In this document: positions 15,001-28,410 of the stretch, piece by piece
How the letters are laid out: the number at the start of each line of letters is the position of its first letter
How positions within the stretch are numbered: the first letter of the stretch is position 1
DNA from: Eledone cirrhosa
Taxonomy: Eukaryota
Length of the DNA stretch: 64,000 bases
Assembly (NCBI GenBank): GCA_964016885.1
Contig: OZ024744.1
Location: 34,596,001-34,660,000, forward strand
Direction of reading: 5' to 3'
The notes under the pieces: model-generated
Told to the model about the DNA's origin: nothing
The model's database searches: none
Seen by the model: only the letters and a program-made list of their open reading frames with translations
Translations under genes and position numbers: made by a program

Positions 15001-18000
15001 TTAAGCAATTGTTGTATCAACCCTAAGCAATTGTTGTTTTAGTCCTAAGCAATTGATGTATCAGTCCTCAGCAATTGTTGTATCAACTCTAAGCAATTAT
15101 TGTATAAGTCCTAAGCAATTGTTGTATCAACCCTTATCAATTGTTGTGTCAGTCTTAAGCAATTGTTATATCAACCCAAAGCAATTGTTGTATCAACCCT
15201 AAGCAATTGTTGTATCAGTCCTAAGCAATTGTTGTATCAACCCTTATCAATTGTTGTGTCATTCCTAAGCAATTGTTATATCAACCGAAAGAAATTGTTG
15301 TATCAACCCTAAGCAATTGTTGTATCAATCCTAAGCAATTGTTATATCAGTCCTAAGCCATTGCTGTATCATCCCTAAGCAATTGTGTATCAGTCCTAAG
15401 CAATTACTGTATCAACCCTAAGCAATTGTTGTATCAGTCCTAAGCAATTACAGTATCAACCCTAAGCAATTGTTGTTTCAGTCCTAAGCTATTGCTGTAT
15501 CAACCCTAAGCAATTGTTGTATCACTCCTAATTAATTGCTGTATCAACCCTAAGCATTTGTTGTATCAAACCTTTGCAATTGTTGTATCAGTCCTAAGCA
15601 ATTGTTGTATCAACCCTAAGCAATTGTTGAATAAATCCTAAGCAATTGCTCTATCAACCCTAAGCAATTGTTGTAACAACCCGAAGCAATTGTTGTATCA
15701 GTCCTAAGCAATTGTTGTATCAACCCTAAGCAATTGCTGTATCAACCCTAAGCAATTACTGTATCAGTCCTAAGCAATTATGTATCAGTACTAAGGAATT
15801 GCTGTATCAACCCTAAGCAATTGTTGTATCAGTCCTATGCAATTGCTGTATCAACCCTAAGCAATTGTTATATCAGTCAAAAGCAATTGCTGTATCAACC
15901 CTAAGCAATTGCTGTAACAACTCTAAGCAATTGTTGTATCAACCCTAAGCAATTGTTGTATCAGTCCTAAGCAATTGTTGTATCAACCCTAAGCAATTGC
16001 TGTATCAACCCTAAGCAATTGCTGTATCAGTCCTAAGCAATTGTTGTATCAGTCCTAAGCAATTGTTGTATCAACCCTTAGAAATTGTTATATCAGTCCC
16101 AACCAATTGTTGTATCAACCCTAAGCAATTGTTGCATCAGTCCTAAGCAATTGGTGTAACAACCCTAAGAAATTGTTGTATCACTCCTAAGCAATTGCTG
16201 TATCAACCATAATCAATTGCTGTATCAACCCTAAGCAATTGTTGTATCAACCCTAAACAATTGTTGTATAAGTCCTAAGCAATTGTTGCATCACCCCTTA
16301 TCAATTGTTGTGTCAGTCCTAAGCAATTGTTGTATCAGTTCTAAGCAATTGTTGTATCAACCCTAAGCAATAATTATATCAGTCCCCAGCAATTGCTCTA
16401 TCAACCCTAAGCAATTGTTGTATCAAACCTAAGCAATTATTGTATCAGTCCTAAGCAATTGCTATATCAACCCTAAGCAATTGTTGTATCAATCCTAAGC
16501 AATTGTTGTAACAATCCTAAGCCATTGCTGTATCATCCCTAAGCAATTGTTGTATCAGTCCTAAGCAATTGCTATATCAACCCTAAGCAATTGTTGTATC
16601 AATCCTAAGCAATTGTTGTATCAGTCCTAAGCAATTACTGTATCAACCCTAAGCAAGTTGTTGTATCAGTCCTAAGCAATTACTGTATCAACCCTAAGCA
16701 ATTGTTGTATCAGTCCTAAGAAATTGTTGTATCAGTCGTAAGCAATTGCTGTATCAACCCTAAGCAATTGTTGTATCAGTCCTAAGCATTTGTTGTTTCA
16801 GTCCTAAGCTATTGCTGTATCAACCCTAAGCAATTGTTGTATCACTCCTAATCAATTGCTGTATCAACCCTAAGCAATTGTTGTATGAACCCTTTGCAAT
16901 TGTTGTATCAGTCCTAAGCAATTATTGTATCAACCCTAAGCAATTGTTGTATCAATCCTAAGCAATTGCTCTATCAACCCTAAGCAATTGTTGTATCAAC
17001 CCGAAGCAATTGTTGTATCAGTCCTAAGCAATTGTTGTATCAACCCTAAGCAATTGCTGTATCAACCCTAAGCAATTACTGTATCAGTCCTACGTAATTG
17101 TTGTATCAGTACGAAGGAATTGCTGTATCAATCCTAAGCAATTGTTGTTTCAGTCCTATGCAATTGCTGTATCAACCCTAAGCAATTGTTATATCAGTCA
17201 CAAGCAATTGCTGCATGAACCCTAAGTAATTGCTGTAACAACTCTAAGCAACTGTTGTATCAACCCTAAGCAATTGTTATATCAGTCACAAGCAATTGTG
17301 GTATCAACCCTAAGCAATTGTTGTATCAACCCTAAGCAATTGTTGCATCAGTCCTAAGCAATTGGTGTAACAACCCTAAGCAATTGTTGTATCACTCCTA
17401 ATCAATTGCTGTATCAACCCTAAGCAATTGCTATATCAACCCTAAGCAATTGTTGTATCAACCCTAAGCAATTGTTGTTTTAGTCCTAAGCAATTGATGT
17501 ATCAGTTCTAAGCAATTGTTGTATCAACTCTAAGCAATTGTTGTATGAGTCCTTAGCAATTGCTGTATCAGTCCTGAGCAATTGTTGTATCAACCCTAAG
17601 CAATTGTTGTATCAGTCCTAAGCAATTGTTGTATCAGTCCTAAGCCATTGCTGTATCATCCCTAAGCAATTGTGTATCAGTCCTAAGCAATTACTGTATC
17701 AACCCTAAGCAATTGTTGTATCAGTCCTAAGAAATTACAGTATCAACCCTAAGCAATTGTTGTGTCATTCCTAAGCAATTGCTGTATCAACCCTAATCAA
17801 TTGTTGTATCAGTCCTAAGCAATTACTGTATGAAACATAAGCAATTGTTGTATCACTCCTGAGCAATTGTTGTATCACTCCTGAGCAATTGTTGTATCAG
17901 CCCTAAGCAATTGTTGTATCAGTCTTAAGCAATTGTTGTATCACTCCTGAGCAATAATTGTATCAGTCCTAAGCAATTGTTTTATCAACCCTAAGCAATT

Positions 18001-18005
18001 ACTGT
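1..18005. repeat. 22-bp satellite array (about 820 monomers), open at the window's left edge
   Basis: Continuous monomers CAACCCTAAGCAATTGTTGTAT and CAGTCCTAAGCAATTG(T/C)TGTAT. The array ends abruptly at ...ctaagcaattactgtc near 18005. Confidence 0.99.
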
Positions 18006-18196
18006 CATCAGTTGATGACGGACAAGAGGAAAGTGAAAGTGAGAATGAAACCAGAATAAGAACAAAAATTGAAGTGGTTCAATAAATGCTTCTGAAAAGA
18101 TTAATATAGAAGGGATTAGTATTATGTGTATCTTAATCGAAACGTCCGTCAATTAATTAAATTATTTAATTTAAATCCTGGTTGTTCTTTATTCTG

Positions 18197-18239
<43 letters not shown>

Positions 18240-18307
18240 CATGTGAGCGCGTGTATGCGCGCGCGTGCGTGTGTACGTGTATGTGTGTGCATATATATAT
18301 GTATATA

Positions 18308-18542
18308 TATAAGCAAAATAAATGGCGGAGAAGGCAATACATTCAAAAATAAGATATTGAAATTATTGCCTTCTCCTCCATTTATTCTGCTTATACCTGC
18401 TCTTTACTTTCTGCGCTTAACTCTCATTAAATATCAACCTTTCTATAATATTTAACATTGCCCCTCTAAACATTGAGCACACTTCGCTACAGCTATTGGC
18501 ATCTAATATATTGTATCATAATTTTCTCTCTCTTTCACTCTT
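18308..18542 (+). mobile_element. Short fold-back element with a Penelope-like 3' tail, between TA tracts
   Basis: IR tataagcaaaataaatggcggagaaggcaata / tattgccttctcctccatttattctgcttata (18308-18395). The tail 18410-18520 resembles 37090-37210 of the large Penelope element. Confidence 0.6.
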
Positions 18543-18543
18543 A

Positions 18544-18604
<61 letters not shown>

Positions 18605-18611
18605 TATATAC

Positions 18612-18694
<83 letters not shown>

Positions 18695-18700
18695 TTACAT

Positions 18701-18782
<82 letters not shown>

Positions 18783-18837
18783 TTATATATATATATATTT
18801 ATCTATATATATATATACATATATATATTATTGAGGC

Positions 18838-19123
18838 ACTGGGGTATGTTAGTAACTGTCTCATTACAAATCTTGAGGAGCTGGGCTTCACAGGAACAGA
18901 AAGAACACAACTTGTTAGGAAATTACAACTACAATCCATTAATGTAAAACATTCCAAAAATTCTGCATCTAATAACAGTATATACACATGTACAGATACA
19001 AAGCATATACACATGCACACATACAACTCAAAACATACACATCCACACATACAATAACATCCATATCTACACATGCATGCATACATAATCTACCTAGTCG
19101 ATGTTGTGTAAATTCCAATGAGA
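18838..19123 (+). mobile_element. 3' fragment of an R4/Dong-like RLE LINE
   Basis: Highly similar (reverse complement) to 37660-37955; peptide [17 protein letters not shown]...LVRK.QLQSIN. Confidence 0.85.
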
Positions 19124-19124
19124 G

Positions 19125-21485
19125 ACATCGCCCTGACATCGCCCTGGACTTCAATCGAGCCAGCCACTGGGAGCGACTCTTCTATTTCGCCCCACTCGGC
19201 CTCTGCCTCTCCAGCTCTGGCGCTGACTGGGACGGCCAGTAGAGAGCAGCCTTCGTCAAGGCCAATGTTTCGTCCTTTGGGCAAGTGCCCATTCCAAGCG
19301 TGCCTAGAGGCGCCAGACACCCCACCCTCGGGTACCCCCAATCCCCCACCCCTGAGGCCAGCGCCAAGCGTTTTCGTGACCGCGTAAATGCTAAATTAAT
19401 CATGGGTGATGTCTCGGTCGCAGTCAGAGTTGTTGCCTCAGAGGACGCTGTCCTCCAGCCCACCGAGGAGGTCCTGGCTACCCTGCGACTCAAGCACCCT
19501 GAGCCACCCGCAGATCTCTGACCGATACCCCGACCCGACCCCCACTTGCTCGTTGTGGCTTCCGGCGCAGACATCATGTCCGCCATCAAGTCCTTCCCAG
19601 CTAGCAGCAGTGGAGGTTCTGATAGTCTCCAACCAGACCACCTCAAGGAGTTACTATCCCCCCTCTCCGCTGAGGTGGCGCACCGCCTTCTGAGTGTAAT
19701 TCTGGCACTCACCAATAGGCTCATCCATGGTACCCTGGACCCTCACGTCCGAAGCCTCTTTTTTTCGGCTACCGTCACCGCTCTCAGGAAGAAAGAGGGT
19801 GGCATATGCCCCATCGCTGTGGGCAATGTCTTCTGGAGGCTGGCTGCCAAGGTGGTTTGCAGGTCCATAACACCCAAACTGGGTAAGGAGTTCAGTCCGG
19901 TGCCACTGGGTGTCGGCGTGTCCGGTGGCTGTGAGGGGGCCGCGCATGCAACCAGGTAGTTCTTCAACAGCTGCCCACCGGAAGCGGCATCCAGGGACTC
20001 CAGACACCTCATTGTCAAGCTTGACATGAGGAATGCCTTCAACTGCCCTACGCCGGGACCATCTGCTCGATGCCTGCCTCAGCATAGTCCCCTCTGCCTA
20101 CCCGCTGGCCTACCTGTCGTATGGAGCCCCGAGCATGCTCCTTGCTGCTGATACGGTCATACCTTCGGCCACTGGGGTCCAACAGGGCGACCCTTTGGGA
20201 CGCCTTCTGTTTGCCCTTGGTATAGACCACATGGCCCGGAGTATCACGGACCCTCTCAACGTTTGGTATCTGGATGATGCTACGTTGGGCGGGCTCATAC
20301 AGACTGTCTGCCATGACCTACAATCGGTGGTTCCTGCCCTGGCGGGAATCGGCTCCACGTCAACTCGGCCAAGTCGCTGACCTCGATACTTGTATCAGAG
20401 AAGCAGCCGAGGAGATATGCAACATTGGATAGCAACAGGCCACTTTACCTGTCAGATATGGCGGCCTTGGTCTCCGGTCCTCGATCTCACTGTCTTTGCC
20501 GGCGTAACTTTCTGTCGGTAACCTCGTACAGCGTCCTTGTCAGCAGGGTTCTTCAAAACACAATAGAACCCTCTGTGTTCAGAGAACGTGAGGTCGCCTG
20601 TGACGTGGGACCGGCTGGGACTTAGCCCAGTAGACGTCCTTCCTCCTTCTCCCCCTGTTGACGTCAAGTCCCCCTAAAGCATTTGGGATGCCATCCAGTG
20701 CAGCCTGGCCTCAGACAGGCTTACGCGCCAGCTCGACCAGCACCGCCTTGCCTGTTTTCGTGCGGCCTCCAAACCCCACAGTGGGCTCCATGCCCTGCCC
20801 TCCTTCTCCACTGTCACGCAGGAAGACAACCATAGCCTGCGAATCGGCGTTTCCCTGAGGCTCGGCCTCCGGATCTGCGAGCCACACCAATGTCGTTGCG
20901 GATCCACCGTACACGCTTTCGGCCTCCATCCGCTTTCCTGTCGCCACAGGGCCGGCTGCCTTCCACGCCATGCTGCCCTCACCGAGGTCATAAAGCATGG
21001 CATGGATGCTGCAGGCTTCCCTTCCCAGCTCGAGCCGGTGGGGCTGGACCGAAGGGACGGCAAAAGACCAGATAGCATGACCATCTTCCCGTTCCGGTGG
21101 CAAACCCCTCGTCTGGGATGTCACTTGCACCGAGACTTTCCGCAGCCGCAACCTGGTGCAGTCTGCGACTGACACGAGTTCTGCTGCACGTCGGTCTGAG
21201 GAGGCCAAACTCTTCAAATACCGGTCGCTCTCCGACACTTTGCGGTTGAACCCCTGGCAGTTGAGACTTCTGGTGTCCTCGGCCCTAGGGCTACCTCCCT
21301 ACTCACCACCATAGGCGCTGAGCTGACCAGCCGCAGGTGTGAGCCCCGCGAGTTGGAGTGGCTTTTCCAGCTCGTCTCCCCTGCCGTCCTCCGGAGAAAC
21401 GCCTTCTCCATTCTGTCTAGGGGGGGGGGGGCATCTGGTATCATTCCAGACAATAAGTAGGGAATGTGAAATATTAAATAAAAAA
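19125..21485 (+). mobile_element. CRE-clade non-LTR retrotransposon (RT plus RLE endonuclease), frameshifted
   Basis: Motifs PIAVGNVFWRLAAK, LGVGVSGGCEGAAHA, KLDMRNAFN, GVQQGDPLG, WYLDD (about 20264-20278), LRLGLRICEPHQCRCG, RHAAL, DGKRPD...PLVWDVT, PLAVETSG; A-rich end near 21480. Confidence 0.85.
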
Positions 21486-21747
21486 TTCCGTTAACTTTCA
21501 GACCAGCCTGCCAGGCAACACCCCTCTCCACTTTTGAATTTAGTTTTATTAATTCATTAACACTGAATAACAGCAATCAATAAAAAGGACATTATTGATA
21601 CATTAGCTTAGACAGATGTGTAAATCATTAAAACATATTTACCATGGTAAATCTGGTACTGGACAAAAACAAAACAAAAATATTGCTGATCTTCATATTC
21701 CTTGCTGCTCTAAGCACGTGTTTATTCTGCTTAATGGTTAATCTTGG

Positions 21748-21772
21748 CCTGCTGCTGCTGCTGCTAATGCTA

Positions 21773-21825
<53 letters not shown>

Positions 21826-21869
21826 GGTGATGATGGTGGTGGTGGTGATGATGATGATGATGGTGATGG

Positions 21870-21921
<52 letters not shown>

Positions 21922-21952
21922 GGTGGTGGTGGTGGTGGAGATGATGATGATT
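21748..21952. repeat. (CTG)/(ATG)/(GTG) trinucleotide microsatellite
   Basis: Direct reading; explains the poly-L/M/V ORF. Confidence 0.95.
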
Positions 21953-22276
21953 CTCTAATATTTAATTATTTCTAGCATGAGTAATATGTCAAATCTGTTT
22001 CTGGGCGTAAACGAATGAAGTTATAAAAATACTGACTCGTATTTCATTCTAACTCGGCTGATTTCTTCTAGAGAAAAAGAAAAAGGGAGAGTGAGAAAAT
22101 GTGAAAGAGACATAAAAGAAGAATCTGTTCAGTACTGGTTCATTTTGTTTATTGATTTTTCTTACTCAATTACAAAAGACAGCGATGTTTGCCACTGCAT
22201 AGATACTCAAATAAGTGCTAACTGTCTAAGATCCATGATCAGAACAGACTTTCAATAGATCCAGTAATCTCTAAAT

Positions 22277-22422
22277 ATACTGGCACTTTATTTTATAGAC
22301 TCCAGGAGAATGAAAGGCAAAGTTAGCCTCGATTTGTTGTGAACTTAGAGCGCAGAGAAATAGAACGAAAATCGCAAAGAATTTTATTCGACATTCTAAT
22401 GACTCTACCAATTTGCCGCCTT
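22277..22422 (-). mobile_element. Degenerate SINE copy
   Basis: Shares tactgg.actttattttat...gaatgaaaggcaaagtt with the other SINE copies. Confidence 0.65.
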
Positions 22423-23069
22423 CAGCCACGCATAGATTTATCATTATCAAATTACATCTTTATAAACTAAACTATAATAAAGTAAGGCGGGACTGCATCC
22501 AGAATAAATTTTTTCATCCCGTTTGTAAAATAAGTTCGATTACTTTGAATAAATAATGAATGAATATTAAATAATTTATGTACTAAATTTCGTAACTAAA
22601 TTTCGTATTTATAACTAATTCAAAATTGACTTCTTTTCAAAGTTACAAATTTCTAGACTTCCGGTATATCGTCGCCACCACCACCACTTCAACTACCATA
22701 TATATAAAAAGAGAGAATTTGTGATGAGAGAGATAGAGTGATTATGATTTTCTACACGTTGACGCGTATGAATGTGCATATACATATATGTATGATTATA
22801 TAACTATAATCGCGCAAACACAAACTTATAAATATACACCCTCACGGACATACATTCAGATAAATACACATACTTTCACACAAAAATATTTACACAAACA
22901 TACACATACAGTCATGATAGCGTTCGGTGAATTGGAAAGGGGAGGGTAAAACAAGTATAACGTTTTATTTATTTATTAACAACACAGTTTAATTCTTTGT
23001 TTCTTTTTTTAAAATCATATGTATACAAATTTAATATAATGCTTACAGAACGAAAATACAAACAAATAT

Positions 23070-23253
23070 AATTGTTTCTACTTTTGGCACAAGGCCAGCA
23101 ATTATCCCAGCGTATTACTGGTACTTTATTTTATCGATCCCGTAAGGATGAAAGGCAAAGTTAACCTCGACGGGATTTGAACTCAGACCGTAAAGAGACG
23201 TAACTATGCTGGAAAGCATGGCGTCCGACCCTCTACCGAAACTGCCAATTCAA
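23070..23253 (-). mobile_element. SINE (tRNA-derived-like head with gagttcaaatcc B-box)
   Basis: Near-identical to 51302-51486; core ttgcctttcatcctt.cggg.tcgataaaataaagtaccagt. Confidence 0.8.
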
Positions 23254-23394
23254 TAGAATATATACAAAGGAAAGGAAAAGGAAAAAAGAAAGAGAAAAAA
23301 TACAGAAGTAGGTAATACACACATCTTAGACCCCATAGAACAATATGCAGGCGAAAGAATGGAAACACGAGGCGCTACCAGAGCAAAAGATAGC

Positions 23395-23885
23395 AATGTA
23401 GCGAGGAGCACTGGGAAACCTCTCTAATAATTTTTGATGCAAGCCAGTACGCTCACAGCATTACCTGGGGTGATGGCGAGGCTGAGGTGCTAGAGCAACC
23501 AAGTGCCCTCACGAACATCACCAGTTACTTCTGTTTGGCGAGCCGCCAGTGAAGATAAGAACCTCGCTGTCAGTAGCTCGACTCCCCCAAACGTCTCGAA
23601 GGCCACAGGCTGGATAATGTAGTTAGCTGACAGAACTCGGTACTTTAGGATTTTGTTCCGTTCAGCTGCGGATGCTGTAGCTCTCGCCCTTACCGCTGCA
23701 TTCAGGATGTGGGAAGGAGCAAGAGACTCACTGACTGTGACGTCCCAGATAAGGCTCCTGCCTCTTGACCAGGAGCACAGGGTAAGACCGTCAAGTCTTT
23801 TCCCATCAGTTCAGGACAACCCAGACGGTTCCAAAATTGAGGGGATGTTTGCCCGGGCCAAAGCTCTTGAGTGGTAATAGGACAG
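23395..23885 (-). mobile_element. CRE-like RLE endonuclease fragment (second family)
   Basis: Minus-strand translation DGKRLDGLTLCSWSRGRSLIWDVTVSESLAPSHI...KYRVLSANYIIQPVAFETFGG. Confidence 0.8.
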
Positions 23886-24044
23886 TGTATGTATGTGCAC
23901 GTGCGAGTTTGACGGTGTTCTTAAATTAGAGACGTGTGTGTGTGTGTGTGTGTCACTGTTTTTAAGTTAGACATATATATGTGTGTATCCCTTTCCTTCC
24001 TTTTACACAGACATACATTCACACAAACATACATACACATTGTG

Positions 24045-24736
24045 TGATGACGGATGGACAGAAGTCCCTCAAATTTATATACATGCGAAGGGAGTTCTAC
24101 TGAAGCAGTTAGAGAAGTTCAATTATCTTGGAGCCGTGTTCATGAGTGATGGAATGCAGAAGGCTGAATTAAGTGCAATAATTGCAAAAGCTGATACAGT
24201 AATGCGCCAGCATCAGCATTCAGCAATCAGAAGAAAGGGGTAGGTGTAAAAGCCAAACTCGCTGACTTTCAGGTATTCCTGCCAACTCTGACCGAGGATC
24301 ATGAATCTTGAGTAATGACCAAAAGAATACAATTGCAAATAAAAGTGGCAGAAATGGGATTTCTCCGAAGGGTCTTTGGAGTAACGTTACTCGATAAAGT
24401 GCATAGCTCAGAGACCAGAGAGTCACTCCTGATAGAGCCGCTACCTCTCCAAATTGAGAGATCACAACTCCGATATTATGAGCATGTGGTCAGAATGTCT
24501 CAGTAAAGAATCGTTGGACACATTTTACAGGCAAAACCAACCGGCAGGAGATCCAGAGGTAGACCCTGAGCAAGATAGTTGGATAACATCCATGAGCTTG
24601 GCTGGTCACGCTTTGGGATCCAGCTGGATCAGTTAGAGATGTTTACTTCTGACAGACTCGCTGGAAGGAGTGTTTGAGAAGGACTCCCCGCCCCCCCCCC
24701 ATGACCCTCTCAGAAATAAGTGGGCTAAGAAGAAGA
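24045..24736 (+). mobile_element. RTE-clade LINE 3' fragment
   Basis: LKQLEKFNYLG, AEMGFLRRVFGVTLLDKV...IERSQLRYYEHVVRM, RPRGRP-like motif; (AAG)n-like tail. Confidence 0.85.
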
Positions 24737-25022
24737 TATTGTCAATTTACTTTTCAATTTATATATATATTTGCGTATAATACCAATATGCTAGCAGAAA
24801 ACTGACCGGGGGGCGGTTTTTCTGCTAGTACTACATAATTATTATTAAATGCCGTGAATGAGGATAGTTCCGGAACAGCTGGGAGCTCAGCAAGCTTTTA
24901 CTTCTCAGTCAAAGCCATTTAAATTCAGTTACATTGAATATACTCTGATAAGTGACATGCTCATCATGAAATCTCATTTATTTTCCTCTTTATGTTATAC
25001 GCTTTTATACCAAGCAAAACAT

Positions 25023-25090
<68 letters not shown>

Positions 25091-25297
25091 TATACATATA
25101 TTTTAATAATACAGACTTCTTGAATGGATGTAAAAACGACTGAGGCTGTGTCCATTCTATCCGATAAGCTTTGTTTCATAATTATAAAATATACATATTT
25201 CATTTTAGTTTGGTGGTTCACCACCGGGTAGAATTGGTCATTCCGCAGAAATAACAAATTGAAGGAATTTAACCTGTCCGGCCGCCTCTCATTTTAC

Positions 25298-26104
25298 TCT
25301 ATCTCTCTATATATCTCTCTGTCTGTCTGTTTCCTTATACATTCTCAAATGGTTCGACCAAATCAAATCAAATTTTACAAGATAATAGTATCAGACCCCG
25401 AGATTAACAACATGTAATTTTTATTTTCATTTGTATTAAAACAATATAACATTTTATATAAAATATTCTACTATAAACTATAAGTAAACATTTTATAACA
25501 CGACGACGACAACGTCACATTTTGTATATCAGGGTGTGTGTGTGTCTGTGAGTGAGTGTGTGTTTGCGCGTTCGTTACAAACGTTAGGCCTTATTAAACG
25601 CATACATCTTCACATAAATATTTAATCAGATACATAGAGAATTAAACACACACGCACATCTACACATACATATACATATGTAATGATTGACAAGTGTATG
25701 TGTGTGAGTGTATGTGAGGTTGAATTTAAGAGGCTTCAGTTCCCAGTCAAATTAAGTTTTGTTATTTCAATTAACAATCCTCCAGATAGTTGGACTTAAT
25801 CTCACTACTACATTTTTTTCCCACCGTCAACTCTATGCTGGTTGCTCAGGAGTTGGAAGCAGCAACAATTTATTCATTTGGAAACCAACAAAAAATTATA
25901 CGATGAATATTGTTTACCCTGAGGTGCTTCAAGATTGACAGATTTTCATTTTTTAATTATATTGTCATTACAATTTTGATATTTTAAAAATAAAATGTAC
26001 ATATTTTGAAATATTTATGAGAAAAAAATATATCTCCATATTTATTGTTTACTAATCTAAATAAGAACAGCAGTAACCCGAACAACACCGGGTCATTCAG
26101 CTAG
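25298..26104 (+). mobile_element. Probable non-autonomous Helitron
   Basis: 3' hairpin acccg-aacaacac-cgggt (26076-26093), then CTAG (26101-26104) followed by T. The 5' region has (CTGT)n; the 5' boundary is approximate. Confidence 0.6.
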
Positions 26105-26223
<119 letters not shown>

Positions 26224-26402
26224 AAGAAAAATGTTCGCTCTATATGGCTGAATACAATAAATGTAATCTCAGTTTTTCTAATATTAATAATAATATTCGA
26301 TTCGTTTTCAATTATGTAAACAAGCCTCAATTTTACAGTCACTGTATATTGTAGAAAATATCATATATTTTCACTAGCTCTGACAGTTGGCAGGTGAACA
26401 GT

Positions 26403-26452
26403 GAGCTGTACTGATGAAGGGTAATACCCTGAAACATTAGTGTCTGCAGTTC
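26403..26452 (+). ncRNA. Type I hammerhead ribozyme
   Basis: gagctgta CTGATGA agggt-aat-accct GAA aca-ttag-tgt C tgcagttc: all three stems pair, GUC cleavage triplet. Confidence 0.85.
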
Positions 26453-26579
26453 TGTTTACATACCAACATAAGAGCAAGAATGAGGGGCTCATTCTACTGA
26501 TATGGCTTTAAAAATTAGGGTTGTTTGCATAATTGCAAACGAATTTTATAACTATTAATATTCGAAAAACTCAGAGCTC

Positions 26580-27063
<484 letters not shown>

Positions 27064-27427
27064 ACCGATTTAATCTTTTTCTTGATTTCCAGAAATAAAA
27101 TAGATACCGAAGCAGCTAAAATAAAAATGAAAGATGAGCAAGAATAAAGATTATCAGAATGGTAAACATGGAAATTACACATCAGCTAACGAAACAGAAG
27201 TCTAGAGAATAGTTACCAACCATCGTTATTAACTAACTAATATCAGAGGTTGTAGTATAGCTAACTACGACAACAGTATAATGTAAGTAACAGTGAGTTT
27301 ATAAAGTTCTTGTGCTCTGTGTAATATGTTTACATAATCCCTTTTCTCCACCTTCTCTCCTCCCTCTCAATCTATCTCACTCTCTGTCATTCTCTCTATA
27401 TATGTATATATACATACATAAATATAT

Positions 27428-27461
<34 letters not shown>

Positions 27462-27624
27462 ACACATAACTGAGGAGCTACCGATTCCAGAATCAGGAAC
27501 CAACAGTATTCGATCGTTCCTCGAGCTGATCGGCAATGAAGCATATCTAATAAACAATTAAATATGTATATGATGAGATACTGATTGTTTGTTCACTATT
27601 TATTATATATATATATATATATAT

Positions 27625-27822
27625 ATAAATATTTAATATAGAAATGGCTTTTGCAGGACTAGAACCGTTTCATTCGGGAGAAATCAGGAAGCCCTGATGA
27701 TTTCTCCCGAATGAAACAGTTCTACTTCTGTAGAAGCCATTTCTATATTAAATATTTATACTTTGCTATGTATTGAGTGTCTTACTTACTGTGGTTACCT
27801 CCGATTGAACCCAAGATAAACT
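27625..27822 (+). mobile_element. Fold-back mini-element (family A) with hammerhead-like core
   Basis: About 65-bp IR arms; CTGATGA tttc-tccc-gaat GAAAC at 27694-27717; TA tracts on both sides. Confidence 0.75.
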
Positions 27823-27898
27823 TATATATATATATATATATATGATAATAAGGGCGCTGCGGAGTTGCAAATGGGTTACATATGAAAAAAGTTTGTCC

Positions 27899-27933
<35 letters not shown>

Positions 27934-27937
<4 letters not shown>

Positions 27938-28374
27938 TAAAAGAGAAAACACAGGTAAGCATTAAGAAAAGGATTTTATCCAGGTATTTACGACCGTTTC
28001 ATTGGTAAGTGCAACCTTATATCGCTATACTGCAAATAGCAGCCACTCAATTATAATTGTTGTTCACGTCCAAATTTTCAAAATAGTGAGTAAGTTACTC
28101 TTGAAATAGTTCTTAATATATAGAGAAAAACATTTTGTTGGAATTGTATTTACTAGTATAGAGAGAGAGGAAGAGGAATTAGAAGGTGAGGGGACAAACG
28201 GAATAGTATAGAGAGAGAGGAAGGGGGAGAAGAGTTAGGAAGTAGAGTGACAAACTGAGATGGAGGGAGGGGTAGAGGTGGAAGGATTCCTTGATCAGTT
28301 TTGATATGTAGACTTCATGTCGTCGATTTAGATTGTAGTGAGTTAAAGAGAATTAAATTGTTTATAGTGGGAGG

Positions 28375-28410
<36 letters not shown>

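Noticed and set aside
1-18005. CRISPR-like or coding interpretation of the array
   Set aside because: No unique spacers, no cas genes and no ORFs; it is ordinary eukaryotic satellite DNA.
1-18005. Satellite as a hammerhead-containing repeat (CTGATA and CAATTG resemble the motif at 32241)
   Set aside because: It lacks CUGANGA, stem II and GAAA; the resemblance is likely chance.
18126-18947. [16 protein letters not shown] ORFs here and throughout the window
   Set aside because: Translations of dinucleotide microsatellites.
21644-21958. Signal-peptide-like poly-Met ORF
   Set aside because: Trinucleotide microsatellite; no other gene evidence.
27470-27555. CTGAGGA...GAAGC with internal stems
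   Set aside because: GAAA, stem III and stem I are all broken; at most a very old hammerhead relic.
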